Source: Candidatus Poribacteria bacterium
Lineage (GTDB): Bacteria > Poribacteria > WGA-4E > WGA-3G
DNA: 64,000 nucleotides
Direction of reading: 5' to 3'
Assembly (NCBI GenBank): GCA_965198235.1
Contig: OZ240248.1
Coordinates: forward strand, 4,288,001 to 4,352,000
A model generated the notes under the pieces. The model saw only the letters and a list, made by a program, of their open reading frames with translations. It searched no databases and was not told the DNA's origin. This document shows positions 1 through 9,844 of this stretch, in pieces. Each line of letters starts with the position of its first letter. The first letter of the stretch is position 1. A program made the position numbers and the translations under genes.

Positions 1-1358
1 ACAACACCGTTCTCTAACGCCAGATAACCCTCTATATGCTCAAACGGAAGAATGTATTTAAAATCCCAATTAGCCGAATCAGGTGTCCCTCCCCATGAAC
101 CCGGACGACTTGCGAGAACAGTATTCGGTTCTATCATCTGCGCTGATGAAAGTGCTTCTTTAGCGTCTCTGTCCATCAGATAGTAGGTTTGAACGTGATA
201 GCCGAGATGCCATAGTGCTAAAACAATCAGGATTCCACCAAAGGCATAGTCAACGAATCTATGAAAGCTAAAACTAAAGAACGGAAGCAGCGCGAGTAAA
301 ATATAGATATGTATCCGATCGCTGATCCACATACCACCAGAGCGCAAACTCCACGGGGATTTGAAATAGATGAAGGTTAGTATGAGAGCAATCAGCAAAA
401 ACGCGTCCGTCCGATCCACAATTGCGGTAACACCTCCATACCCTCCGCTTTCCGATTTCGACGAGGCACGGAGCGCATAGATTTTGCGTACCCTGTCGAT
501 TATGGTGAGCAAAAAGGCGATAGTAAGCACAACGAGGAGAAGGTTGCCTATTAGGATATGGGCATCCCGAAAGGAGACAATGGAACCGATGGAGAGAAAG
601 TACTTCATTAATCCTTCAAAACTCCTATGGAAACCACCTCCCTCTCGTTTCACAAGATAGTAGGACAACAGGATTACATAAGCAGGGAGCATAGAACCCA
701 AGAAAAGCAAGATAGGTTTCAGCTGCGTAGCTAACCGCACACGAGGAGATTCTAAGACTTCATAAATATAGAGGAAAACACCGAGGAACGTTAGGGATAC
801 TGTAAGCAGGGCGTAGGATTGAAAGTGCGTGAGATAGACAACTGTGAGCCATACATAGACCGTGACAAACGCTCTCGGACTGAGTTTATCCTTGCATCGC
901 CACCACCCCCCAAGTGCGAAAAAAAACAGTGAAACACTCAAAGCGAAGTTATAGAACCCCATGTGAAGCAAATAGTTATAGGCAAAAATGAAACCGACCA
1001 AGCAGAAGAGCGTCTTACTTTTCTGAATACCGTTGAGGAGATAGAGGAGGGAAAGCGGTAGGAGTCCTATGCAGAGGCTAAAAAATATCTTTTCGCATAC
1101 AAGCGGCGGAAAGATATACATGAGACCTGCCATCAGTGCGTGGGATGTCCAATTCGGAAAAAGCGTCGGATTAAGTTCGTAAACTTCCCGCAGCATGTAG
1201 TTTTCGTGATTGTGATATACCTTTAAGACGTGTGCGTTATGGGCATGGGCTGGTCCATCCTGAGTGCAGGTATATTTGAACAGCCAAACGGGCAGAATAT
1301 GCACCACCAAAAGCACAATCACGACAATGTGCTGGATAGATAATCGACGCGCCTTCAT
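1..1358 (-). CDS. Polytopic membrane protein, possible GT-C-fold glycosyltransferase (runs off left edge)
   Basis: Not in ORF track. Hand translation from ATG at 1358 gives MKARRLLSIQHIVVIVLLVVHILPVWLFKYTCTQDGPAHAHNA..., open to the edge, with many hydrophobic segments and a QDGPxH loop after the first TM helix. Confidence 0.6.
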   Translation of the reverse strand, partial: MKARRLSIQHIVVIVLLVVHILPVWLFKYTCTQDGPAHAHNAHVLKVYHNHENYMLREVYELNPTLFPNWTSHALMAGLMYIFPPLVCEKIFFSLCIGLLPLSLLYLLNGIQKSKTLFCLVGFIFAYNYLLHMGFYNFALSVSLFFFALGGWWRCKDKLSPRAFVTVYVWLTVVYLTHFQSYALLTVSLTFLGVFLYIYEVLESPRVRLATQLKPILLFLGSMLPAYVILLSYYLVKREGGGFHRSFEGLMKYFLSIGSIVSFRDAHILIGNLLLVVLTIAFLLTIIDRVRKIYALRASSKSESGGYGGVTAIVDRTDAFLLIALILTFIYFKSPWSLRSGGMWISDRIHIYILLALLPFFSFSFHRFVDYAFGGILIVLALWHLGYHVQTYYLMDRDAKEALSSAQMIEPNTVLASRPGSWGGTPDSANWDFKYILPFEHIEGYLALENGV

Positions 1359-1545
1359 AATTGTCTCGCTCTTAGACAGCCACCTTTTGCATAAATAGAA
1401 CCGAATGTTGCTATTCTACAAGAACTGAGCCGCGGGGTCAATAGAAATCGTGAGGACATAGAGTTTATACAAATTGCTCCGCTGCTGGCGCGGTTTGACC
1501 TCCCCTAACAGCGGAGCGTATTACAAACAAATGTAACTGTATAAA

Positions 1546-2388
1546 CTAAAATGCGGTTTGAGTTCGTGTATCTTCTGCCTGCGTGTCACTCGAAGATGCA
1601 GCTTCTTGATTCTCGGGTTCCTCAGGTGCTGGAACTTCGCTCTCCTGGGAAGCCATCGTTAATTGCTTTATACGCTCGCACAGTTCATCTAACAACTGTG
1701 GTGACGTTTCGGCTGCCTTCAGTTCAGCAGAAAGCTGCGTCCACTGCATCTCGCTCATATCGTTCCGAGATTCCACACCATATTTACGTTTGATGTAATT
1801 CCAGAGATCTGCCTTATCGATGCCTTTCCCTTCAAGCGGTCCCGCCAGATTGTTAGCGATTGCAAAAGCCGCTTTTTGGGCGTTAGCGATATTTCCACCA
1901 CCCTGTTGTAACTGCGGTTGTTGCGTCGCATTACCACTCCCTGTTTTTCGGTTCAGATAGAAATTCAGTACCTCGCGGATGACCGGCACGGGTATCAACT
2001 GTTTAATTGCGTTGCGTTGCGCTTTATGAATTGCTTTGGTGAACGCGAACGGATCGGAGCGTCCGCCAGCCATCTTCAGTTGCTCATACGCGCCGTAACG
2101 AGACGAACCCGTGATTGTATCGACTGCTTTCGCAGTAGCAATCCAAGAATGCTCGCGTTCCTCATAATCGATCTCTTCGATCTGGATACCGCCCCGGCGA
2201 TTTGCGGCTTCGTTAATACCGGCTAAGGTCAACCCTTCAACAGTACGACCACCCTGTTTGAAGGAATAGACATAATCCTGAATCGTCTGTCCAGTCATCA
2301 ACTCAATGATAGCCTGGTCATCCACCTGATCGACGACCTCATATTCAGCGGCAACTGGAACCATTTCGTTGTTTTTTTCTTCAGCCAT
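1546..2388 (-). CDS. Putative Rad52/Sak-like single-strand annealing protein
   Basis: N-domain ends in AFTKAIHKAQRNAIKQL helix typical of SSAPs; Q/G linker; small helical C-domain (YIKRKYGVESRNDMSEMQWTQL); acidic tail; GGAGG RBS. Confidence 0.5.
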   Translation of the reverse strand: MAEEKNNEMVPVAAEYEVVDQVDDQAIIELMTGQTIQDYVYSFKQGGRTVEGLTLAGINEAANRRGGIQIEEIDYEEREHSWIATAKAVDTITGSSRYGAYEQLKMAGGRSDPFAFTKAIHKAQRNAIKQLIPVPVIREVLNFYLNRKTGSGNATQQPQLQQGGGNIANAQKAAFAIANNLAGPLEGKGIDKADLWNYIKRKYGVESRNDMSEMQWTQLSAELKAAETSPQLLDELCERIKQLTMASQESEVPAPEEPENQEAASSSDTQAEDTRTQTAF

Positions 2389-2404
2389 GATGTCCTCCGA
2401 TTTT

Positions 2405-2459
2405 TAAATATACAACCTAAATATACAATTAGTATAACATATCATTAGATATATATCAA
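2405..2459 (-). promoter_or_regulatory. Sigma70-type promoter with downstream 11-bp direct repeat (possible operator)
   Basis: Minus strand TTGATA-17-TATACT (2459-2431); TAAATATACAA repeated at 2405-2415 and 2418-2428. Confidence 0.55.
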
Positions 2460-2472
2460 AAAAAAATGCTAT

Positions 2473-3282
2473 TTAATCGTCGGCAATGCCCGTAGTGATC
2501 TCGACCTGTTCTTTGTCTGTTACGATCCGTTCAATGTAGAGTGTGAACGTATACGTCTGATGGTTTTCGTATTTTTGAAGGTTTGAAGGAAAGAAACCAC
2601 CCCCTGCCACATCATCTACAATCCAAAATGTCACGTTTCTATTATTCGTGTCAAGCGTCATCGCGCCTGAATAATTTTTTACCAATTCGGGGTCTACATC
2701 ATCTCGAATCCCCAGCAGTTCATTTAGCCTCTTAAGTGAAACGGTCTCATTGTGAAGGCGCACTGTTTTTCCGACATAAGTTTGACCAGCAGCCACAATC
2801 TGTTCAAGTGTCGTGTCGATAACTTCAACATCCGCTTTCGCGGTGTGTTCAGGAACATCAGACCAAATGGTGAAGAAACGCTCTCCGTCTGTAGTTGTGC
2901 CCTCGGAAATATCTTTTATAAGGAGTGTGAAAGTGTAAGTTGTATGACCCCGAATATGTCCGAGATCGCTCCCCATGTAATTTGAATAATAGTGGCGCAG
3001 AAACTTAGCGTTCGAGTCTGTGATGAAAAAACGGACTTTATTGTGATGCGTAAACAATTCTAACGTTGGGGGAACCCCATCAGCACTCGGATAAATTCTG
3101 CCAGCAGCGGTAATCGTAACCTTCTGTCCCTTGTATTTTGAGTTGATGCCGTTTACTGCAACATCGCTGACAATATCAGTGAGTGTGACAGGTTCGACGT
3201 TGAGGGTTTTCGGATGAAATTTCGCACAACCCCCAAATATAAAAATAGCAAAGCAAGCACATAAAGATGTAAAAAGTTTCAT
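2473..3282 (-). CDS. Lipoprotein with two tandem homologous (OB-fold-like) domains
   Basis: Signal peptide with lipobox IFGGC; internal duplication TLTDIV..YKGQKVTI..HTTYTFTLLI vs TLEQIV..YVGKTVRL..HQTYTFTLYI. Confidence 0.6.
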   Translation of the reverse strand: MKLFTSLCACFAIFIFGGCAKFHPKTLNVEPVTLTDIVSDVAVNGINSKYKGQKVTITAAGRIYPSADGVPPTLELFTHHNKVRFFITDSNAKFLRHYYSNYMGSDLGHIRGHTTYTFTLLIKDISEGTTTDGERFFTIWSDVPEHTAKADVEVIDTTLEQIVAAGQTYVGKTVRLHNETVSLKRLNELLGIRDDVDPELVKNYSGAMTLDTNNRNVTFWIVDDVAGGGFFPSNLQKYENHQTYTFTLYIERIVTDKEQVEITTGIADD

Positions 3283-3283
3283 G

Positions 3284-3418
3284 TTTTTTAATTATACCTT
3301 GCGGTTAAATAGCGTGTGTTAGAACTATCAGATGCGTTCCTTAAATCTGAAGAAACACCCAGGCAATACGCAGAAATACCCAAGCAAAAACACCCTGCGC
3401 CGTTGTTGCAGGCTACCG
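3284..3418. repeat. REP/MITE-like repeat, family A
   Basis: End motif TTTTTAATTATACCTTGCGG (to 3304) and core CCTGCGCCGTTGTTGCAGGCTACCG (3394-3418), identical to 16626-16650 and near-identical to 17232-17256. Confidence 0.8.
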
Positions 3419-3572
3419 TTTGGTTTAAGAATTATAACGACTTCTATTTAACATGTCAAATTATACGGGAAACTCATCCAATTCGCTCAAAAAACATCAC
3501 TCTATAAAGTTGATCTTCATTCCGAATTCTGCTATAATAGCAATAAACCAAGCATCGGAGCATTGACGAACA

Positions 3573-5177
3573 GTGATAACTCCACTTCTCCACATGCAAG
3601 CAATTACCAAAGACTTTCCCGGCGTGCGTGCCTTAGATAACGTCTCTTTCGAGGTGCATCCGGGTGAAATTCATGCCTTGTGTGGAGAAAACGGCGCGGG
3701 CAAATCAACATTGATTAAGATTCTCGGCGGCGTTTACCCATCCGGAACCTACGAGGGACAACTGCACATTAATGGAAACGAGCAGCAGTTCCATACCGTG
3801 CGCGACGCAGAACACGCCGGGATCGCCGTTATTCATCAGGAACTGGCGCTTATTCCAGAGATGACGGTCGCCGAGAATATCTATCTCGGCAAAGAGCCGT
3901 GCCAATTTGGCACTATTGACAGGCATCGTCTCTATCACGAAGCGGATGAACTCCTCTCGCAGTTCGGATTGGCGATTCCACTCCATAAACCCGTCCATGA
4001 ACTCGGTATCGGACAACAACAACTCGTAGAAATCGCGAAGGCCTTAGGGCGTAGTTTGCAAGCCCATATTGAGCAGCGACGCAGCTTGCAAGCCAACATC
4101 AACACGTCAAGCAATGCACTGTTACTTGTGCTTGACGAACCGACAGCCGCCTTGACCGAGAGCGAGGTAGACATCCTCCAGCAAATTTTGACCCAACTTC
4201 AAGAAAAGGGTGTAGCCTGTATCTACATCACCCATAAACTCAAGGAAATTTTTCAAATCGCTGACCGCGTGACGGTGCTACGGGACGGCAAAACCGTCGC
4301 AACGCAATCCATTAAATCATCTGAATGCACCGAAGAAATGCTCATTTCACAAATGGTCGGACGCGAGTTAACCGCTCTCTTTCCGAAAAGGCGAACAATC
4401 TCTACCCTTGAAAACGGGTCAAGCCAAGAAGATGTAGCCCTCCGAGTGGAAAACTTAAGCACCTATCCCTCAGAACCGCCGCAGCTTGAAGACATAAATT
4501 TTCAGGTGCGACGCGGGGAAATCCTCGGCATCGCAGGCTTAATGGGCGCAGGAAGGACAGAATTGATTAGTACCATTTTCGGTGCTTACGACGGTAGATG
4601 GAGCGGAGAAATCGTTATAGATGGTGCCGCTGTTCAGATTCACTCCCCGCTCGAGGCAATACAGCACGGAATGGCACTCGTCAGCGAGGATCGGAAACGC
4701 TACGGCCTCCTCTTAGACGTAGATGTCGTTCGGAACATAACGCTTGCGAGTCTCGATTCATCGTCAGACATCACGTCACACGGGATAATCAATGATAACG
4801 AAGCACTTAAAACAAGTGAGTACTACGTAGATTCCCTCCAGATTAAGACAACTTCGCTCGAAGTCCCTGTGAACCACCTCAGCGGTGGAAATCAACAGAA
4901 AGTCGTTCTCGGCAAATGGTTGATGACACATCCGAAGGTGCTATTTCTCGATGAACCGACACGCGGCATTGATGTCGGTGCGAAAGCAGAAATTCACATG
5001 CTGATGGCAAAACTCGCACAAGAGGGTGTCGCAATCGTGTTTGTATCCTCCGAGCTCCCAGAAATCCTTGGTATGAGCGATCGGGTCATGGTCCTACATG
5101 AAGGCAAGATCACGGGTGAATTCATCAACGATAATCTGACACAAGAGGAAATTTTGCGATGTGCAGCCGGAGCCTGA
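3573..5177 (+). CDS. xylG: Monosaccharide ABC transporter ATP-binding protein (XylG/RbsA type)
   Basis: Two ABC domains; GENGAGKST, LDEPT, LSGGNQQK motifs; substrate not proven. Confidence 0.85.
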   Translation: MITPLLHMQAITKDFPGVRALDNVSFEVHPGEIHALCGENGAGKSTLIKILGGVYPSGTYEGQLHINGNEQQFHTVRDAEHAGIAVIHQELALIPEMTVAENIYLGKEPCQFGTIDRHRLYHEADELLSQFGLAIPLHKPVHELGIGQQQLVEIAKALGRSLQAHIEQRRSLQANINTSSNALLLVLDEPTAALTESEVDILQQILTQLQEKGVACIYITHKLKEIFQIADRVTVLRDGKTVATQSIKSSECTEEMLISQMVGRELTALFPKRRTISTLENGSSQEDVALRVENLSTYPSEPPQLEDINFQVRRGEILGIAGLMGAGRTELISTIFGAYDGRWSGEIVIDGAAVQIHSPLEAIQHGMALVSEDRKRYGLLLDVDVVRNITLASLDSSSDITSHGIINDNEALKTSEYYVDSLQIKTTSLEVPVNHLSGGNQQKVVLGKWLMTHPKVLFLDEPTRGIDVGAKAEIHMLMAKLAQEGVAIVFVSSELPEILGMSDRVMVLHEGKITGEFINDNLTQEEILRCAAGA

Positions 5178-5218
5178 AAGCTTTATAACCTCAACTTCAC
5201 GCGAAATCGCAACGACAA

Positions 5219-5719
5219 ATGGAAAACAGAAATCAGACCTTTAAAACAGAAAGCCCAGAGGAAACGCAAATCCTCGGTGAAAAATTGGGCAAAACGCTCA
5301 AGCAGGGCGATGTCATCGCACTCGTCGGGGACCTTGGTACTGGCAAAACCTGTTTGACACAAGGCATCGCACGCGGCATCGGCATCGCGCCAGATGAGGT
5401 CGTCAACAGCCCTTCCTATATTCTGATTAACGAATACAATGGGGCAATACCGATCTATCACATCGATCTGTACCGACTCGAAGACAGCGAGGAGATCGCC
5501 GAACTCGGACTTAGCGAATATATAGAAGGCGATGGAATTTGTATCATTGAGTGGGCAGAGCGGATGACAGACACACTGCCTGATACCTGTATAAAGATAC
5601 ACATAACGCTTGCAGACGCAAACGCCTCACACGGCGGTGAAGTCTATGAGTCTATACCACAAAACCCTGAAGATGAAAACATCCGACACATCGAAATCCA
5701 ATATCCTATATCTCGATAG
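5219..5719 (+). CDS. tsaE: tRNA threonylcarbamoyladenosine biosynthesis ATPase TsaE
   Basis: GDLGTGKT, VNSPSY, YHIDLYRL, IEWAE motifs. Confidence 0.95.
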   Translation: MENRNQTFKTESPEETQILGEKLGKTLKQGDVIALVGDLGTGKTCLTQGIARGIGIAPDEVVNSPSYILINEYNGAIPIYHIDLYRLEDSEEIAELGLSEYIEGDGICIIEWAERMTDTLPDTCIKIHITLADANASHGGEVYESIPQNPEDENIRHIEIQYPISR

Positions 5720-6944
5720 TGGTTCGGGCATCGGGGGTGGACAACGAAGCCTCCTGCTTTTGCTCAATCTATTAGATAAGGATCGCTTTACGCCTTTTGT
5801 GGGGTGCCTTGGCGATAGCCCTTTTGCCGCGGAAGCAGAAAAGACTGAGGCAAGTGTCGTCCCACTGTCTCTACCCGCCGCGCACAACAAAACCGATTCT
5901 TCATATAGTACTTCGATTAGGCAGGTCTGGCATGAGCGTGCCCGTGCGTATCTCGTCGGAGATTTCTCGGCTAAAAGGGATAAGAGTCGGCGATTTACCT
6001 TCCGCGATTTACTTGAAGACTTCCAGCAGCTTGGGGTTATCCTCCAACTCCATCGGATGGTAAAGCGGCATGCGATTGATCTCATTCACGCAAACTCGCT
6101 TTCGGTGGCACTGCTCGGCGGCATCGTTGCGAGGATAAACCGTATCCCCATCCTGATGCACAAACGCTACGCTACTTCCTATGGCATTTTGGATCGGATC
6201 TGCGAAAGACTTTTGCACCGCGTGATTCTCGTCTCGGAGGCAACACGCTGGAATTTTGCGCCTACAGCAAAGCAGACGTTAATCTATAATGGTGCCGACT
6301 TAGACGCTTTTCAAGCATCCCCAAAAGAAGTGGAAACCCTCCGAGCAGAACTCCTTCCCGATGCGTCTGACGCTTCAATACTCACCGGAGTCGTGACTCG
6401 GATTACACCAGAGAAAGGTATCCACTTTTTAGTCAGAGCGATAGCAGAACTCAAAGGGCTTTCCTCAATGACTGGGGCAGACATTAAACTTCTTATCGTC
6501 GGCGGTCCTTACTTCCAAAAAGATGTTGACTATATGAACGAATTAAAACAGGAGGTCGTAGATTTAGACGTTGAAGGCTCCGTCGTTTTCACTGGATTCC
6601 TGCCGGATACGCGGGTTGTCACAAGCCTGCTCGACATCGTGTTGGTGCCATCTATTATCCCAGAAGCATGCCCGCGCACCATCATTGAGGCGATGGCAGT
6701 CGGCAAACCGGTCATTTCCACACCACTCGGCGGGAGCAAGGAACTCGTCACACCCGAAACAGGGATCTTAGTGCCACCTGAAGACGCATCGGCGATTGCG
6801 GATGCTATCGCAACGCTGGTAACCAATCAAGAACAATTGAAAGCAATGGGAAAAGCCTCCCGCAATCGTGCCGAGCAGTTGTTTAGCAGCGAAAAGAACA
6901 CCGCTTTGACGGAGGCTGTCTACGCTGAACTGCTAACAGCATGA
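5673..6944 (+). CDS. Glycosyltransferase family 4
   Basis: GGGQRSL N-terminal motif, RITPEKG, EACPRTIIEAMAVGKPVI; start set at ATG 5673. Confidence 0.9.
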   Translation: MKTSDTSKSNILYLDSGSGIGGGQRSLLLLLNLLDKDRFTPFVGCLGDSPFAAEAEKTEASVVPLSLPAAHNKTDSSYSTSIRQVWHERARAYLVGDFSAKRDKSRRFTFRDLLEDFQQLGVILQLHRMVKRHAIDLIHANSLSVALLGGIVARINRIPILMHKRYATSYGILDRICERLLHRVILVSEATRWNFAPTAKQTLIYNGADLDAFQASPKEVETLRAELLPDASDASILTGVVTRITPEKGIHFLVRAIAELKGLSSMTGADIKLLIVGGPYFQKDVDYMNELKQEVVDLDVEGSVVFTGFLPDTRVVTSLLDIVLVPSIIPEACPRTIIEAMAVGKPVISTPLGGSKELVTPETGILVPPEDASAIADAIATLVTNQEQLKAMGKASRNRAEQLFSSEKNTALTEAVYAELLTA

Positions 6945-6965
6945 TAAGAGGTCTCCGCGTTCCCA

Positions 6966-6989
6966 GTAGGAGCGATCTCCGAATCGCGA
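6966..6989 (+). repeat. GTAG-headed REP-like palindrome
   Basis: GTAGGAGCGATCTCCGAATCGCGA, second copy GTAGGAGCGATCTCCTGATCGCGA at 30801. Confidence 0.7.
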
Positions 6990-7055
6990 ATTCTTCTGTA
7001 CAATGCACAAATAAATAAAAACTGCATGTCTCTGCCATACTAAAAAGGAGTTATC

Positions 7056-8069
7056 ATGAGAGAGAAAACGATTAGTCCGGGGCAAGGTGCACAAGCGAGC
7101 CAAGGACAAGTGAGACAAGTGTCCCAGTTGTTTGGTGAAGGCATCGGCGACACCGCCGAATGGGTCGAGATCCACCGCACCAGCGATGAATGGGAAGTGA
7201 GACTTATCCAAGCCACTTTGAGCGCACAACAAATCCGATGCCGCCCCATCGAATTAAAGGAGGAACGCCAAACTGTCCTCCTCGTCGAACCTGAACATCA
7301 GGTAACAGCAATGGAACTGATAAGCCGCATTGACGCAATCGTCACAGATAATGAAATAGCGGCACAATCCGAAGAAACAGCGGAAGCACTCAAGCAACGC
7401 GATATGACCGTCGTTCAGGAAGACACAAGCCAACAGGTGGACCCCGGCGATTCGACAGAACTCGTCTTTGCCGAACGCGAAGACATCGGCAGTGTCGTCT
7501 ATGTGCCTGGAAAGGGATACGAACTCCGCGCCGGTCCTGAACCGTACATCACCGTACCAGAGGGCGACTGGGAAGAGTTTACTGACTTTAGCGCGCAACG
7601 TCAGGAGTTCGTAATACTTCTGCGCCACGAATACCCCGACCTCTTCGAGTGGATTCAAGAGGGAAAACTACTCGCAGAATTCATCCGTCTCATCGAGATG
7701 ACGTATCAAGAGGGCGCGCCGCCCCTTCCACACCGATCCAGCAATGCTACTGATGAAGAACTCGATGCGACCCCTTACCATCCGCTTGCTCAATTGAGTC
7801 TCACTGTCGCCGTGATTTCGCTCATTGCAGTGCTTTTTCAGATCCCGTGGCAGGTAAACCTCGTGCTGGCAGTTGTTGCTGTGGCATCGGCGGTCGCCGC
7901 CAAATACCAGATCGATGTCAGTGACGGAAAATCAACAGGTGTTCCGATGGCTCTGAGCGCGATTGTGCTTGCGTGTCTCGTTGTAGTCTTTGCGTGGTGG
8001 CTGGATCAGCGTCCGGAACCGGTAGAACCGGCGAATCCATCCGTCCGTGAATTTATTGACGATCGGTAG
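7056..8069 (+). CDS. Hypothetical membrane protein with DUF2007-like N-terminal domain
   Basis: AGGAG RBS; WVEIHRTSDEWEVRLIQATLSAQQIRC resembles DUF2007; three C-terminal TM helices. Confidence 0.55.
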   Translation: MREKTISPGQGAQASQGQVRQVSQLFGEGIGDTAEWVEIHRTSDEWEVRLIQATLSAQQIRCRPIELKEERQTVLLVEPEHQVTAMELISRIDAIVTDNEIAAQSEETAEALKQRDMTVVQEDTSQQVDPGDSTELVFAEREDIGSVVYVPGKGYELRAGPEPYITVPEGDWEEFTDFSAQRQEFVILLRHEYPDLFEWIQEGKLLAEFIRLIEMTYQEGAPPLPHRSSNATDEELDATPYHPLAQLSLTVAVISLIAVLFQIPWQVNLVLAVVAVASAVAAKYQIDVSDGKSTGVPMALSAIVLACLVVVFAWWLDQRPEPVEPANPSVREFIDDR

Positions 8070-8176
8070 AGCGAGCAACACCAGTTATCCATTCATATCC
8101 AGGAACAAAAACGTATTGATTTCTTGTATAAAATGTAGTATACTTTTTCAAACCCAGCATAAGAAGGAAATACATC

Positions 8177-8845
8177 ATGCAGGAGATAACACTCTCCGAA
8201 ATACAGCAAATTTGTCACGAACGGGGTATCAACACACTTTGCCATTTTACCCGGATAGAGCGTTTACCTAGCATTTTACACCGTGGGCTACTAAATCGTA
8301 ATTTTCTAGAGACACTTCCTTCAAAAATTAGACCCCAATTTCCTGATCCAAATCGAGATGATGGATACAAAGATGCAATTTGCTTGAGCATCAGCTTCCC
8401 AAACTATAGAATGTTTTTCAGTAAAACAGGGCATACCAACCAACGCGAATGGGTCGTTTTGCTGCTTGACGCGAGAATATTATGGGAAAAGGATTGTGCG
8501 TTTTGCCACCAGAATGCGCGCTTTGAACCTGTACTCGGTGTTCGATTGGGGGACAGGAAAAAACTCGCGTCATTAAAAAGAATGTTCCAGAATTGGGATT
8601 TTCACGCAACAGGTTTAAGGTACCAACGTCAGCAAATACCTGATAATTATCCAACACACCCTGAAGCGGAAGTTCTTGTATTTGACTCAATTCCAGCAGA
8701 GTACATCAACGAAGTCCACTTCTATGATGACACTGCTTTGCAAACGTGGCTGAAGGACAATCCAGGAACTTATTCTCCAAAGTTTTACGCTAATCGGCAA
8801 TATTTTGGACCTAGATGTGATTACAAAATATGGCAAAATCAATAA
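8177..8845 (+). CDS. darT: DarT-family DNA ADP-ribosyltransferase toxin (DUF4433)
   Basis: LCHFTRIERLPSILHRGLL, AICLSISFPNYRMF and catalytic PEAEVLV motifs. Confidence 0.8.
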   Translation: MQEITLSEIQQICHERGINTLCHFTRIERLPSILHRGLLNRNFLETLPSKIRPQFPDPNRDDGYKDAICLSISFPNYRMFFSKTGHTNQREWVVLLLDARILWEKDCAFCHQNARFEPVLGVRLGDRKKLASLKRMFQNWDFHATGLRYQRQQIPDNYPTHPEAEVLVFDSIPAEYINEVHFYDDTALQTWLKDNPGTYSPKFYANRQYFGPRCDYKIWQNQ

Positions 8846-8872
8846 CATGAATATTAGCAGGAGCCAAGTATA

Positions 8873-9583
8873 ATGGCAAAACGCCCTATTTTTACTCCCA
8901 ATCTCAACAAATTTCCGTATGTTGATGCGATAGATATAGAGTTTAAATGGCACTCTGGCTTTGCAAAATTGCAGTTGCAAAAGTCCATAGCATCTTTGCA
9001 TGAAGCCGCCGAAAAACTGAATAAGATCTCTCCAATTTTGGAAATATCGGGAAAATCTGCGTCGGACTTAGGGATTAGCTTGAGTGCATTTAATCTGTCA
9101 TTGAAAACACCAAACGGTCAGAGAATGAGTGTCGAGTGTGCATATCAGGGAAGCAAAGTGTTTGAAAATGGCGGTCCCTACCACGAACTCTATTTGGCCT
9201 CAAGTCGAGAAGCGAAAACGGATGAACGGTTAAAGAATTCAGGGGAATTAATTGCTTTCAACTTCTGCGGAGAAGATTTCCCTATTGAACCCAAAACGGC
9301 TTTCTATGACTGGCTGTATATGACCGCGCTGTCGGAGAAAAAAACAGATTTTGTGAAAGAACTCGGGGTGTTTCAAGGTTTTTCAGACATCGTCTTCAAC
9401 CCTAATCGCTCGCTCAACTGTCAAGCACATGCAGCTGCTTTATTTGTTGCTTTGTCCAAAAACGAATTGATCAATGAACAGATACTTCAAAACAAAGAGC
9501 GTTACTTGGCACTCATAACAGGCAAAGCACAATTCCCATCAGTCCAACCAACTCCACGCCAACTTACTCTATCGTTCCGGTAA
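8873..9583 (+). CDS. DarT1-associated NADAR-type antitoxin (DUF6977-like)
   Basis: MAKRPIF start, LEISGKS..LSAFNL, SVECAYQGSKVFENGGP, AFYDWLY, FNPNRSLNCQA; directly downstream of darT. Confidence 0.75.
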   Translation: MAKRPIFTPNLNKFPYVDAIDIEFKWHSGFAKLQLQKSIASLHEAAEKLNKISPILEISGKSASDLGISLSAFNLSLKTPNGQRMSVECAYQGSKVFENGGPYHELYLASSREAKTDERLKNSGELIAFNFCGEDFPIEPKTAFYDWLYMTALSEKKTDFVKELGVFQGFSDIVFNPNRSLNCQAHAAALFVALSKNELINEQILQNKERYLALITGKAQFPSVQPTPRQLTLSFR

Positions 9584-9844
9584 ATGCGTTTAAACAGGAA
9601 ACATCAAAGGACATTGAAGGCTATTTTTAGCACACAGATCCCTGCCACGTTGCAATGGCGGCGGATTGAAGCCCTCTTCATAGCACTTGGTGCCACAAAA
9701 GAAGAAGGACGCGGATCTTCTGTGACCTTCAAACTAAAGGAGGAGCATGCTACGTTTCACCGACCTCATTCTCAAAAAGAGGCAAAACGGTACCACGTAC
9801 GCGATGCGCGAGATTTCCTTAAAAAAGTAGGAATAACACCATGA
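9584..9844 (+). CDS. hicA: HicA-family mRNA interferase toxin, copy 1
   Basis: LQWRRIEALFIALGA..EGRGSSV..TFHRPH; ATGA overlap with next gene. Confidence 0.85.
   Translation: MRLNRKHQRTLKAIFSTQIPATLQWRRIEALFIALGATKEEGRGSSVTFKLKEEHATFHRPHSQKEAKRYHVRDARDFLKKVGITP

Noticed and set aside
1546-3282. Prophage remnant
   Set aside because: No integrase, structural or replication genes around the SSAP-like gene
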